A stretch of DNA of 64,000 bases from Bacilli bacterium (lineage in GTDB: Bacteria; Bacillota_I; Bacilli_A; RFN20; DUOF01). Below, in pieces: positions 9,952 to 19,819 of this stretch (position 1 is its first letter; the number at the start of each line of letters is the position of its first letter). The notes beneath the pieces were generated by a model. It ran no database searches. It was not told the DNA's origin and worked only from the letters and a program-made list of their open reading frames with translations. A program made the translations under genes and the position numbers. The stretch spans positions 388 to 64,387 of the forward strand of contig JBGVED010000040.1 of NCBI GenBank assembly GCA_045119835.1. Reading direction: 5' to 3'.

Positions 9952-10412
9952 TATAAAGCACCTCCAATAACTAAAACAACATATCTAAGAATTCCTAAAA
10001 TATAAGCACTTACAATTCCATAAGTAATTACACTACCTGCAAGTTTAAACATATTAGAGCCAATACCATATATTAACCCTTCACTTTTACTCTCTAATGC
10101 ACTAGAAGTTAAAGCATTAGCAAAGCCCGATATTGGAATAAAAGTACCTGCACCTGTTTTTTGAGCTATTTTATCAAACAAACCAAAACCTGTTAAAACA
10201 GCAGTTATAAATATAATGGTAACTAACATTAAAGATATAGAGTCTTTTTCATTAATATAAAATCCTCTACTATATAAATCAAAAAACAATTGTCCAATTA
10301 TAGCTACTATTCCACCACTAAAAAAAGCAACTAAAGCTCTACCAAGTTTATCTTTCTTATCTTCCGTTTTCTTTACAATATCCTTAAATCTTTGCTTATT
10401 ATTCATATTCAT
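9951..10412 (-). CDS. spoVAC: Stage V sporulation protein AC
   Basis: The 153-aa product contains GGIVAIIGQLF, PISGFANALTSSALESKSEG and NMFKLAGSVI. Confidence 0.85.
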   Translation of the reverse strand: MNMNNKQRFKDIVKKTEDKKDKLGRALVAFFSGGIVAIIGQLFFDLYSRGFYINEKDSISLMLVTIIFITAVLTGFGLFDKIAQKTGAGTFIPISGFANALTSSALESKSEGLIYGIGSNMFKLAGSVITYGIVSAYILGILRYVVLVIGGAL

Positions 10413-10459
10413 TCTCCATTCTTTATTATTATTTGTAAGAATGAAAAATTAATTCATTA

Positions 10460-11146
10460 TTATAAAAGTGTAGAAATAAAATAAATAACCAACAAATGAA
10501 CTGGATAAAACATATAAAATAGATATTTTAAATTATATTTCCCTTTTTTACCATTATATATAACTAATAAAGGAACTGTTAAAAATAATCCATTAAAAAC
10601 AATAAAAGTTAAAATAGACTCACTAATAAATGTCCTATAAACTATATAAATCAAACTAATCAAACAATAACAAACTATTTTCAAGTTCTTACTATTACAA
10701 AAATAAAACATTAATATCATAACTAATGCAAATATCCCATAATCACAAAAGCAAACTAAAGAAAAACATAAAAAAACTAATAAAAGTCTATAAAAAATAT
10801 TTTTTATATCCACTAAAGCATATAAACACATAAACCCTAAAAACAAAGTAAAGATAATATTATAAAAATCAAACATAAAAACAGTTCCCACTTTATATAA
10901 AGAATAAGGAATTTGAGAAATAATAGCAAAAACAAGTAACCTCATACCATATTTAAATTTATTACTTGTAAATCTAAAACCATTTGCTATCCCCATAAAC
11001 ATAATAGGAGCGCAAACTCTCCCTATCATCCTAAAAATAATATATAAAGAAAGATTATTTCCTAAAAAACTTATCGCTACATGATCTAACACCATTGCAC
11101 TAATTGCAATAATCTTTAAAACATTACTATTTAAACATCTACTCAT
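10460..11146 (-). CDS. TraX-family integral membrane protein
   Basis: The N-terminus LKIIAISAMVLDHVA is characteristic of the TraX family. The protein is multi-TM and the gene overlaps the helD 3' end by 8 nt. Confidence 0.6.
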   Translation of the reverse strand: MSRCLNSNVLKIIAISAMVLDHVAISFLGNNLSLYIIFRMIGRVCAPIMFMGIANGFRFTSNKFKYGMRLLVFAIISQIPYSLYKVGTVFMFDFYNIIFTLFLGFMCLYALVDIKNIFYRLLLVFLCFSLVCFCDYGIFALVMILMFYFCNSKNLKIVCYCLISLIYIVYRTFISESILTFIVFNGLFLTVPLLVIYNGKKGKYNLKYLFYMFYPVHLLVIYFISTLL

Positions 11147-13142
11147 TTAAACCACCAACAAAACTAGTAAACAATCCATCACTTAAAATCTCTAATTCAT
11201 TAATTGCTCTACTACAAGCAATATAAAAATAATTCTTATCTATTTCACTACAATAATTTTTATCATTTGCACCAAAAACAACAACCTTATCAAACTCTAA
11301 ACCTTTAACTATACTTACCCCACTTACCACTACACCTTTTTTAATTTCTTTATTTTTCACATTTAAAAAAGATATATTAGTAAATCCTTCTAACTTTACA
11401 TACAACTTACTAGCCTTTTTCTGACTCTTGCAAATAATAGCCAAACTTTTACCCTTATAATTCTTGATTACATCTTTTAAATACGCAATTTCGTCATCCT
11501 CACTAGCAAACGATCTAAACTTTACTTCCTTACCTTCTCTTTTAACTCCGTTTATACCCTTACTAGAAATTATTTTTTCTAAAAATCTAAATATTTGAAT
11601 CGTAGATCTATAAGAATTATTAAGTTCTACTACTTTAAAATTATTAAAAACATCATCATAATTTTGCAAAAACAACTTCTGATTCAAATCTCCAACAAAA
11701 GTTTTACTACAATTAAAAGATAGTTGAATAACGCTTCTTTCAATCACATTTAAATCTTGATATTCATCTATAAGCAAATGATTATACTTATCAAATAACT
11801 TACACCCTCTAAAGAAAATCTTTACATAACACAATGGGAAAATATGTTCATATCCAATAATATTTCTCTTAATAACTTCACCATTATAACCAATAGTTTT
11901 TAAAAATTCATTATAGATTTCAAAACAGTTAACATCTGGCAATAACTTATTAACAAAAGTTTCAATAACGTCCACATCATTTTTACTCACTTTTTTCTCA
12001 TTACTAATTCTATCTTTTAAAAACTCTTTAATAAATCTTCTTCTCTCACTATAATTTCTTCTTTTGAATTTATTAAAATATAACTCTTTAAATAACTCAT
12101 TAGAAAAAGTCAATCCAGCTAATTTAAGCCCGATTTTTTCAGTAAACAACTCCGATAATTTATTATCTAAAAAAGTTTTCAAATTACAAAAAAAAGAATC
12201 ACTCTCAAACTCCTTTTTCCCATTAATTAAATTCTCTAAATAATCAATTTTATTTTCTACTCTAAGTTTATTCTTATATAAATCCATCTTCAAAATAGTA
12301 CGTGCGATCTCATTCATTGTCATATTAACAACATTTTCTTCTCCAAGTTCAGGTAAAACATTATCAATATATTTAAAAAACACCTCATTTGGAGTAATAA
12401 AACAAACTTTATTAGCCTCATATTTAACGCTATCTTTATAAACCAAATAAGCAATTCTATGTAACGCAATAGAAGTCTTACCACTACCAGCAACACCAAG
12501 AACTAGCAAATCATTATCACCAATATATCTAATAGCTTCATTTTGTTCTTTCTGAATTGTACTTACAATATTTTGCATAACTACATCACTATTTTTCCCT
12601 AGAACATCTAGTAACAATTCATCACTTATATTCATACCCATATCGACAAAACATTCAAGGTTGCCCTCATTAAATTTATATTGTCTTTTTAATGTGATTT
12701 CACCATCCACCTTGCCTTTAGGAGACTCATAACTGGATTTTCCTAAACTTCCTTCATAATACAAATTAGCAATCGGACTCCTCCAATCATTAACTATAAC
12801 TTCATTATTATCAATTAAAGTTTCAATTCCAAAATAATAAGGAAACTCTCCCCATTCATTTTTAAAATCAACACGCGAAAAATAAGGCTTTGACACCATC
12901 ATCAAATACCTATTAAGCTGCCTATTAGCCATATTATTTATTGCCCTATCATAATTTATATAATCAATCATTTGATTACCAGTCATATCAATACTAGATG
13001 AATCTTTTGCATTAAAAAAACTATTAAAAGTTTCACTAATTGCTTTACTCTTTTCTTTAATTAAATCTTTATTAGATGCAATTTTCTCTTTTAACATCTC
13101 AATTGTTTCATTTGCCTTTTTATACTCATCTATATTTATCAT
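11139..13142 (-). CDS. helD: HelD-type UvrD-like helicase (RNA polymerase recycling motor)
   Basis: An N-terminal coiled coil is followed by KPYFSRVDF, NDWRSPIANLYYEG, EITLKRQY and TIQKEQNEAIR. Walker A is GVAGSGKTSIALHRIAYL. A UvrD-like C-terminal domain is present. Confidence 0.75.
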   Translation of the reverse strand: MINIDEYKKANETIEMLKEKIASNKDLIKEKSKAISETFNSFFNAKDSSSIDMTGNQMIDYINYDRAINNMANRQLNRYLMMVSKPYFSRVDFKNEWGEFPYYFGIETLIDNNEVIVNDWRSPIANLYYEGSLGKSSYESPKGKVDGEITLKRQYKFNEGNLECFVDMGMNISDELLLDVLGKNSDVVMQNIVSTIQKEQNEAIRYIGDNDLLVLGVAGSGKTSIALHRIAYLVYKDSVKYEANKVCFITPNEVFFKYIDNVLPELGEENVVNMTMNEIARTILKMDLYKNKLRVENKIDYLENLINGKKEFESDSFFCNLKTFLDNKLSELFTEKIGLKLAGLTFSNELFKELYFNKFKRRNYSERRRFIKEFLKDRISNEKKVSKNDVDVIETFVNKLLPDVNCFEIYNEFLKTIGYNGEVIKRNIIGYEHIFPLCYVKIFFRGCKLFDKYNHLLIDEYQDLNVIERSVIQLSFNCSKTFVGDLNQKLFLQNYDDVFNNFKVVELNNSYRSTIQIFRFLEKIISSKGINGVKREGKEVKFRSFASEDDEIAYLKDVIKNYKGKSLAIICKSQKKASKLYVKLEGFTNISFLNVKNKEIKKGVVVSGVSIVKGLEFDKVVVFGANDKNYCSEIDKNYFYIACSRAINELEILSDGLFTSFVGGLNE

Positions 13143-13146
13143 AGTC

Positions 13147-13737
13147 CTATCCTCTATAATAACTTTCCTCTATTTCGCTAAACAAAATAGCGCCTTCTCT
13201 AATTAAAATAAGCTTATCTTCTTTTAATTCCACTATAGTAGACTCCTTTTCTACTAATTTATCACCCATTATAACCATATCAATTAAACCATCAAATTCA
13301 TCTATAATTTTTAAAATATCATTACTTGTCTTCTTACCACTAATATTCGCACTTGTAAGCATAAGTGGACGATCTAGTTTTTCTATTATTCTATTTATTA
13401 TCTCATTATTAATCATCCTAACTGCAACTGTTTCTTCACTATCTTTTCTTTTTAATACAAGCGTTAACTTACCTGGATAATATTTTTGTAACCTTCTTAA
13501 CTGTTCTTTATTTACATCACAAAGAGAAATTAACCTATCATAAGTGTCCACAACTAAAGGTAATTTTTTATTTAAATTTCTCTTCTTAATTTCATAAATC
13601 TTATTAAACGCCTTTTCACTACTACTATCTATAGCCAAACCATAAATAGTATCCGTAGGAACAACAATAATTCCATCATTTTTAAGAACCATCACAGCAT
13701 CATCAATTATTTTGTTATTGTAATCCTCTTTAGTCAT
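13147..13737 (-). CDS. tsaC: L-threonylcarbamoyladenylate synthase (YrdC/TsaC type, single domain)
   Basis: The product is 196 aa and contains IIVVPTDTIYGLA, VAVRM and LMLTSANISG. Confidence 0.8.
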   Translation of the reverse strand: MTKEDYNNKIIDDAVMVLKNDGIIVVPTDTIYGLAIDSSSEKAFNKIYEIKKRNLNKKLPLVVDTYDRLISLCDVNKEQLRRLQKYYPGKLTLVLKRKDSEETVAVRMINNEIINRIIEKLDRPLMLTSANISGKKTSNDILKIIDEFDGLIDMVIMGDKLVEKESTIVELKEDKLILIREGAILFSEIEESYYRG

Positions 13738-14671
13738 GAAATTTTCTTCCCTTCAAATCTTTATTTCCATTTAAAAAATCTCTAACTAACATTCTTTTTT
13801 TTCCTGATGGCTGAACTTCTTTAATGGCAATCGCTCCATCTTTTACTTTAACTACAATTTTATCCTTTAAAACTTCTACTATTTCTCCATTTTCACCATC
13901 ATAGTCTTTAAAAATCTCCTCACTATCGTATATTTTAATACTTGTTTCATCCAAAAGCGCATAAGCTCCAGGAATAGAATTTAAAGCTCTTATTTTATTA
14001 TAAATATTTCTTTTACTATCATTCCAATTTATTATTTCTTCTTCTCTTTTAATTGAAGGAGCAAAACTAACTTTATCCTCATCTTGCTTTTCCCCTTTAA
14101 GCTTGCCATTTAAATAATCAGGCAAAACATCAATAAGAAGATTTGAAGCCACTTCTTCCATCTTCTTAAATAAACTATCGCCTGTATCTGTATTACTAAC
14201 CTCAACTTCTCTTTTAGCAAACATATCGCCTGCATCCATCTTTTTAACCATTTGCATAATCGTAACACCTGTTACTTTTAAATCATTTAAAATGGCATAT
14301 TGAATAGGAGCAGCACCCCTTAAATCCGGCAATAAAGAACCATGAACATTAATACACCCAAAACGAGGTATATCAAGCACTTTTTGAGGAACAATTTGCC
14401 CATAAGCACAAGTTATTATTAAATCAGGACTCTTACTAACAAGCCACTCATTATCTTCTCTTATACTAAGAGGTTGGAAAACTTCAATATTATGTTCCAA
14501 AGCTATCTTTTTTGTAAAAGTAGCCTCTAATATTTTCTTTCTTCCAACAGGTTTATCCGGCTGACTAACAACACCTATAATATTATAACCATTAGATATA
14601 AGAGCATTTAAAATACCACCAGCAAACTCTGTAGTACCCATAAACACAATCTTCACATTATTTTCATTCAT
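13730..14671 (-). CDS. fmt: Methionyl-tRNA formyltransferase
   Basis: VFMGTTEFA, NVHGSLLPDLRGAAPIQYAI and VQPSGKKRM are present. Confidence 0.92.
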   Translation of the reverse strand: MNENNVKIVFMGTTEFAGGILNALISNGYNIIGVVSQPDKPVGRKKILEATFTKKIALEHNIEVFQPLSIREDNEWLVSKSPDLIITCAYGQIVPQKVLDIPRFGCINVHGSLLPDLRGAAPIQYAILNDLKVTGVTIMQMVKKMDAGDMFAKREVEVSNTDTGDSLFKKMEEVASNLLIDVLPDYLNGKLKGEKQDEDKVSFAPSIKREEEIINWNDSKRNIYNKIRALNSIPGAYALLDETSIKIYDSEEIFKDYDGENGEIVEVLKDKIVVKVKDGAIAIKEVQPSGKKRMLVRDFLNGNKDLKGRKFHD

Positions 14672-14741
14672 TAACCATCACCATTTATTATTATAAACAA
14701 AAGTTTATATCAAATAAATATTTACAAAACAAAAGATGCAA

Positions 14742-15407
14742 TTACTTGCATCCAACCTTAATATTTTTTTCCTTGTTATACTCTTGTAAAATCTCTTTAA
14801 CTATTTCTATTTTAGCTTTACTACGCTTCCTTATCTCAACACATTCTGTTTTTCTATATTTTTGATACAACTTCATCTTATATTTTAAAGTTTTAAGAGG
14901 ATTTTTAGAATTTTCCATTTCATGTAACAGCTCATTTAAAAAAGCTACTAAATGCTTATATTTAGCCTTAGTTACATCATTACAATAAATCATCTTATCT
15001 ATCCTTTTTCTAATAATAGAGCAAAACAATTCATTATCAAAAATACCAGTTATCCCTACATATTTGTTATTAAAATAATTTTTTCTATATTCGCTAGTAT
15101 ACTCTCTAATTAATTCTTTAACTATTTTATACTTGCTAAGTTTAGTCTTATTAAAACGATTATCACTAACCTTATTATCTTTAAGATAGTTCTTTAAATA
15201 ACGAAGACCTTCTTCTTTTTCAAAAACAGACAATAAAAAAGTTAAAAATTCAATATCTTCCTTCTTATCAAGAATTTGTGCCTCATAAATATAAACCTTG
15301 GATTCATCTACTTTATCAATAGAATTAGTAAGCTCATCTAAAAAAGAAGTTAAATACTTTTTTTTCTTACAAACAATATCAAATAACAAACTATTATCTG
15401 TCTTCAT
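14742..15407 (-). CDS. Hypothetical protein (221 aa, K/E-rich, helical)
   Basis: This is a long ORF with coding-like composition. I recognise no family motif. Confidence 0.5.
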   Translation of the reverse strand: MKTDNSLLFDIVCKKKKYLTSFLDELTNSIDKVDESKVYIYEAQILDKKEDIEFLTFLLSVFEKEEGLRYLKNYLKDNKVSDNRFNKTKLSKYKIVKELIREYTSEYRKNYFNNKYVGITGIFDNELFCSIIRKRIDKMIYCNDVTKAKYKHLVAFLNELLHEMENSKNPLKTLKYKMKLYQKYRKTECVEIRKRSKAKIEIVKEILQEYNKEKNIKVGCK

Positions 15408-15474
15408 AAAACTATCTCACCTACACTACTAAAATACTACCACACAAAAAAGCCACTTTCAATCACAAAATTAG

Positions 15475-15765
15475 CTAATTAATGACTTTCCTAATAAAAT
15501 TCATGCCTAATTCAAAAACACTATTAAGGCCACTTACAATCATATTGGCTATTTTACAATTAATGCGAGAAATCAAATTAGAACTATCCGCTTCACTAAT
15601 CTCTACATCTTCAATATTACCATCTTCAACTTCTTCTCCACTTTCAAGCGAATTTTCAAACTCTACTATAACGTCATTAACACCACCGTCACTAGGAATA
15701 AAAATAGAAATACCAATTAATACAAGCAAAATAATAATTCCACCTTCTAATAGTACCCTTGTCAT
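15475..15765 (-). CDS. Small membrane-anchored acidic protein, function unknown
   Basis: The N-terminal TM segment LEGGIIILLVLIGISIFI is followed by an acidic stretch (EEVEDGNIEDVEISEAD). The overlapping plus-strand ORF looks like its antisense shadow. Confidence 0.5.
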   Translation of the reverse strand: MTRVLLEGGIIILLVLIGISIFIPSDGGVNDVIVEFENSLESGEEVEDGNIEDVEISEADSSNLISRINCKIANMIVSGLNSVFELGMNFIRKVIN

Positions 15766-15836
15766 TTATTTTCTCCTTTTATAATGCATAAAAAATATAT
15801 ATAAAACAAATACAAAAATATGTCGAAGTTTATCTT

Positions 15837-16772
15837 TTATAAATAAAAACTTTGATTATGCAAAGATTCATTAATTGAACTTCCAATAACATATGCTATA
15901 TTTTTAACATCTTCATCAATTTGTTTAGGGGTAACAACCATATTAAGTCCCCTTTGTTCTAAAACATCCGCTATTACCTGATACCTATTCCTATCTTTAA
16001 AAATAGAATGATTAAGCGGCAACTCGCCATACATTTTTTCAATTATATTTATCGTTTCATCAACTATACTACTAGCCCCAACAACCGTAGCTACACCTAT
16101 TGCAACACAAGGAGCACCTAAGTATTCTTCATCCATTGCCTTTCTATTATTACCAATACCACTACCAGGTTCAATTCCTGTATTACAAATTTGTATTACC
16201 TTATTAACACGCGTAATACTTCTTGAAGCAAGTGCATCAATAAAAATAACTAAATCAGGCTTATAAAAATTTGAAACTGACTTAACAATATCTGCAGTTT
16301 CCATTCCCGTTTGTCCCATAACTCCAGGAACTAGTAAAGAAACACATTTAGTTCCTTTTTTTATACTACCTGGATCAAACTCAAATATATGACTAGTAAC
16401 AATAACTTCTTTAGCGCTCATCGGTCCTAATGCATCTGCCATAAAGTTTTCATTCCCTAATCCTACAACTAAAATCTTTGAATCAGAATTCAATTTGTAC
16501 TTCAAAAACATTTCTTTTAAATTATCAACAAGAACATCAATTACATCATACCTACCTTTTTGATCTTCAATATTATCAAACTCAATAGAAACATAATCGC
16601 CCTTTTTCTTGTTAAAAGAATTATCTTCTTTATGTATCGTTATATAACTTATCTTTATTCCCTTATATTCTTTATTAACAACACTATACTCACTTGTATC
16701 ATTACTAGAAGTAACAATTTCATCTGCTAAATCACTACGAGGAGCAAATTTAGATAAATCTATTTCTTTCAT
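15837..16772 (-). CDS. gpr: Germination protease (GPR endopeptidase)
   Basis: VVGLGNENFMADALGP, IFIDALASRS and GIEPGSGIGN are present. The start was moved to the ATG at 16772, after AGGTGAGAATA. The track start is a GTG inside the SD. Confidence 0.88.
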   Translation of the reverse strand: MKEIDLSKFAPRSDLADEIVTSSNDTSEYSVVNKEYKGIKISYITIHKEDNSFNKKKGDYVSIEFDNIEDQKGRYDVIDVLVDNLKEMFLKYKLNSDSKILVVGLGNENFMADALGPMSAKEVIVTSHIFEFDPGSIKKGTKCVSLLVPGVMGQTGMETADIVKSVSNFYKPDLVIFIDALASRSITRVNKVIQICNTGIEPGSGIGNNRKAMDEEYLGAPCVAIGVATVVGASSIVDETINIIEKMYGELPLNHSIFKDRNRYQVIADVLEQRGLNMVVTPKQIDEDVKNIAYVIGSSINESLHNQSFYL

Positions 16773-16811
16773 TATTCTCACCTAAATTTAGTATTTCCTC
16801 TTTATTATATT

Positions 16812-17771
16812 TTATTTACAAGCATTTAATAAAAATAATTCAAAACCTACAAATTTATCTATTTGACCACTTTTTATCTTTATATCTAAATCAGATAATT
16901 CTTCTAATAAACCAGTTAAATCCATTTTATTTAAACGATAAACTTTTTCAAGGGCAACCTTTACTCTATAAGGATGACAAGAAAGCTCATTAGCAATATT
17001 ACTCTCACTATAACCTTTATCCTTTAAAACCATTACCTGATACATAAATCTAACTTGACTAGCAATTAAAGAAATTAAAGTAAGAGGCTCATTATTATTA
17101 ACCTTTAAATCATAGTAAATAGTAAAAACTTTATCTAATTTTTTAGAAAATATATAATCTATCATTTCAAAAACATTATCATCTAACTTTTTACAGACCA
17201 TTAAATCTACATCTTTAACATCTATTTCTTTTTTATAACAAGAAAGTTTTTCTATCTCATTATTTATTAAATACATATCATCGCCACATCTAACAATAAA
17301 CTCATTTAAAGCATCACTAGTAATACTAATCCCTTGCCTATCAAACATTTGCTTAACTACTCTAGGTAAATCTTTTTTGTTAATACTGTCTAAGGCATAT
17401 ATCTTTGATTTTTCTTTGATTTTTTTCACTAATGCACTCTTATCATCTAACTTTGGACTCACAACACTAAAAATAACAGTCGTAGAGTTATTTTCATTTT
17501 CTAAATACTCTTCAAGTTCATTAAAAGACTGGTCAAACTCTAATTTAGGATTTTCCGATGTTAAAAAATAACTATTTTTAATAACCACTACTTTTTTATC
17601 TGCCATAAAAGGTAATGTTGAAGCATCATTAACAATCTCATGTAAAGGAGTTTTATATCCATCAAAAAACACCAAATTAAAATCATCAATAACTTCTAAT
17701 TCACTTTTTGCTAATTTATCAATCATTTTATTAACAAGCAACTCTTGTTCACCAAAAACTAAATACATCAT
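16812..17771 (-). CDS. holA: DNA polymerase III subunit delta
   Basis: Size and position between comEC and gpr fit. The N-terminus YLVFGEQELL is HolA-like. The start was moved to the ATG at 17771, after AGAGGTG. Confidence 0.75.
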   Translation of the reverse strand: MMYLVFGEQELLVNKMIDKLAKSELEVIDDFNLVFFDGYKTPLHEIVNDASTLPFMADKKVVVIKNSYFLTSENPKLEFDQSFNELEEYLENENNSTTVIFSVVSPKLDDKSALVKKIKEKSKIYALDSINKKDLPRVVKQMFDRQGISITSDALNEFIVRCGDDMYLINNEIEKLSCYKKEIDVKDVDLMVCKKLDDNVFEMIDYIFSKKLDKVFTIYYDLKVNNNEPLTLISLIASQVRFMYQVMVLKDKGYSESNIANELSCHPYRVKVALEKVYRLNKMDLTGLLEELSDLDIKIKSGQIDKFVGFELFLLNACK

Positions 17772-17829
17772 TATCTTCACCTCTTAAATTATACTACATA
17801 TATTTTTTAAAAGACAACTTTACTTTATC

Positions 17830-19818
17830 TTATTTAAAATATTCAATAACATGTATCCCAAAATAACTCTTATAAAAACCAATATCATTATTCTCATCAG
17901 TCCTTAAAATGATATATCCAAGTTCATTTAATCTATTAACAACATCCTTATGAGGGTGCCTATAAATATTGTTCTTCCCAACACTAATAATAGCAAATTT
18001 TCCATTAATGCTTTTCAAAAATTCATAGCTACTAGAGGTATCACTCCCATGATGACCAATTTTAACAACATCAACACCATCTAATTTTTCTATAATTTTA
18101 TTTTCTATTTCTACCGATGCATCCCCCATTAAAAGAATATCATATCCAACATACTCACCATACAAAACAATACTTCCATCATTATCCCTATCCTCACTAA
18201 TATTTAAGTTTTTAAAATACTTTTCTCCTATATAAACCCCTTCAATTAAAGAGCTAGTAACAACACTTTCAACTAAAAAATTATCCTTTAAAGAAACATA
18301 AGCCCCCACATGATCAAAATCATCATGTGTCAAAATAACTTTTCTTATCTTATTAACACCATTACTCTCCAAAAAAGGAATTATTTCCTTCACAGCAACA
18401 TCTTTATACAAACTCCCTCCAGTATCAACAATAACAACCTCCTTACTATTAGGAATAAAAAACACACTACAATCTCCTTGACCAACATTTAAAAAATAAA
18501 ATTTCTCACCACCCATTAAAACAGGTTTGTAATACAAATACCCAAGCACACTAAACAACAATAAAAGAAAAATAAACCTTATCTTCCTTCTCCTTTCTTT
18601 AAAAATAAAGTAACCAACCAAAAATAAATAATATATTAAAACAATAACAACACTAGGCTTACCAAACACCAAAACCAAATTAAATTTATTTAAAACGTTA
18701 AAAAGTTTATAAAATAAACCTATAACAAATTCATACAACAAATAAAATTTATCCAAAAATAAATATATAAAAGAAAAAACATAAAGAAAAGAAATAGGTA
18801 AACTTAAAAATATCCCAAAAATAACTGTAAACACATTTAACTTATAATAACTAATAAGAAGCAAAGGTATATTAACTAAATAAATATAAATAGAAACAAT
18901 CATCTTTTTACACTTATAGAGCCTAAATATCTCTAAAACAAAACAAGATAAAAATGAAAATATAAAACTATAAGAAAAAATTATTGATGGATCCCTAATT
19001 ATAAAAACACTACCAATTAAACTTACTACTTCTAAATTAGACAAACTAAAACCGGCTTTCTTATTAAAAGATTTAAAAACATAACACAAAAAAGCTCTTA
19101 AACTAGAAATAGAGAAATCAAGCAAATATAAATAAAAGCAAACAAGACTAATCCCAATACAATTATTATGAAATAACTTCTTAAAAAATTTTAACAATAA
19201 ATTAATATGAAACCCAGAAACCGCTATTAAATAAGTTAAAGAATATAAAGAAAAATTATTATAAAAATCAAGATTACCTTCATCTTTATCATTAAATAAA
19301 ATTAATTTTAAATAACTTTTAGATTTTTCACTTTTATTCTCCAGCAATCTATAAACGATTTCAATATTTAAACTAACACTAGAGTCTAAAATTACTAATT
19401 CATAAACCTCAATTTCATAATTAATATTCTTTTTATTAAGATAGTTATAAAAATCATTATAACTTCCTCTAATATCCTTAACTTCTCCCTTTATTAAAAT
19501 CTTATTACCTTTATTAAAATTTTCCTTTCCATTGTAAACAACATATTTATACTCACCATCACTAACAATGCTATAATTATCGTAACTTTCAATAACCTCA
19601 AAATCCTTTACGAACTCACCAATTATAATATTTGATTTATAAAAATTTATATTAAAAGTTAAAAACAAAGAAATAGCCAAACAACATAAAATATACAATT
19701 TAAAACATACTCTTTTGCCCAACAAACACAAAAACAATAACAAAAACACTAAATAAACATAATTATGATAATAAATAAACAAACCACCAAAAACTAAACA
19801 CAAAAAAAGATAAAACAT
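17830..19818 (-). CDS. comEC: DNA internalization competence protein ComEC/Rec2
   Basis: A polytopic membrane region is followed by a C-terminal metallo-beta-lactamase domain (LNVGQGDC, THDDFDHVG, GHHGS). The gene lies directly after comEA. Confidence 0.85.
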   Translation of the reverse strand: MFYLFLCLVFGGLFIYYHNYVYLVFLLLFLCLLGKRVCFKLYILCCLAISLFLTFNINFYKSNIIIGEFVKDFEVIESYDNYSIVSDGEYKYVVYNGKENFNKGNKILIKGEVKDIRGSYNDFYNYLNKKNINYEIEVYELVILDSSVSLNIEIVYRLLENKSEKSKSYLKLILFNDKDEGNLDFYNNFSLYSLTYLIAVSGFHINLLLKFFKKLFHNNCIGISLVCFYLYLLDFSISSLRAFLCYVFKSFNKKAGFSLSNLEVVSLIGSVFIIRDPSIIFSYSFIFSFLSCFVLEIFRLYKCKKMIVSIYIYLVNIPLLLISYYKLNVFTVIFGIFLSLPISFLYVFSFIYLFLDKFYLLYEFVIGLFYKLFNVLNKFNLVLVFGKPSVVIVLIYYLFLVGYFIFKERRRKIRFIFLLLLFSVLGYLYYKPVLMGGEKFYFLNVGQGDCSVFFIPNSKEVVIVDTGGSLYKDVAVKEIIPFLESNGVNKIRKVILTHDDFDHVGAYVSLKDNFLVESVVTSSLIEGVYIGEKYFKNLNISEDRDNDGSIVLYGEYVGYDILLMGDASVEIENKIIEKLDGVDVVKIGHHGSDTSSSYEFLKSINGKFAIISVGKNNIYRHPHKDVVNRLNELGYIILRTDENNDIGFYKSYFGIHVIEYFK

Positions 19819-19819
19819 A

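Noticed and set aside
10413-10470. Attempted SigG/SigF promoter call upstream of spoVAC, and a SigE/SigK call upstream of the ylbD-like gene (32804..32860)
   Set aside because: The candidate -10 and -35 elements each miss key consensus positions. In DNA this AT-rich, partial matches are not convincing.
11139-13142. UvrD-like helicase as a possible defence-system helicase (with the overlapping TraX gene)
   Set aside because: The sequence carries the specific HelD signature (PYFSRVDF, DWRSPIANLYY, TIQKEQNEAIR and an N-terminal coiled coil). It sits with housekeeping genes. HelD is a conserved RNAP-associated factor, not an accessory defence gene.
15482-15784. 100-aa plus-strand ORF
   Set aside because: It is antisense to the 96-aa minus-strand ORF, which has a TM anchor and matches its neighbours' orientation. 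Neither is strongly supported, but at most one is real.
16772-16781. Track N-terminal extensions beginning at GTG or TTG (gpr 16781, holA 17780, 21884, 22489, 45378, glyA 50212, M42 57225, pyrH 36981). Upstream ATGs lacking an SD were also trimmed (dtd, rarA, comEA, trmB, XRE).
   Set aside because: For the GTG group, the GTG taken as start is the GTG of the Shine-Dalgarno sequence AGGTGA or GAGGTG itself. A properly spaced ATG (or GTG) lies 3-4 codons downstream. The shorter coordinates are reported instead.
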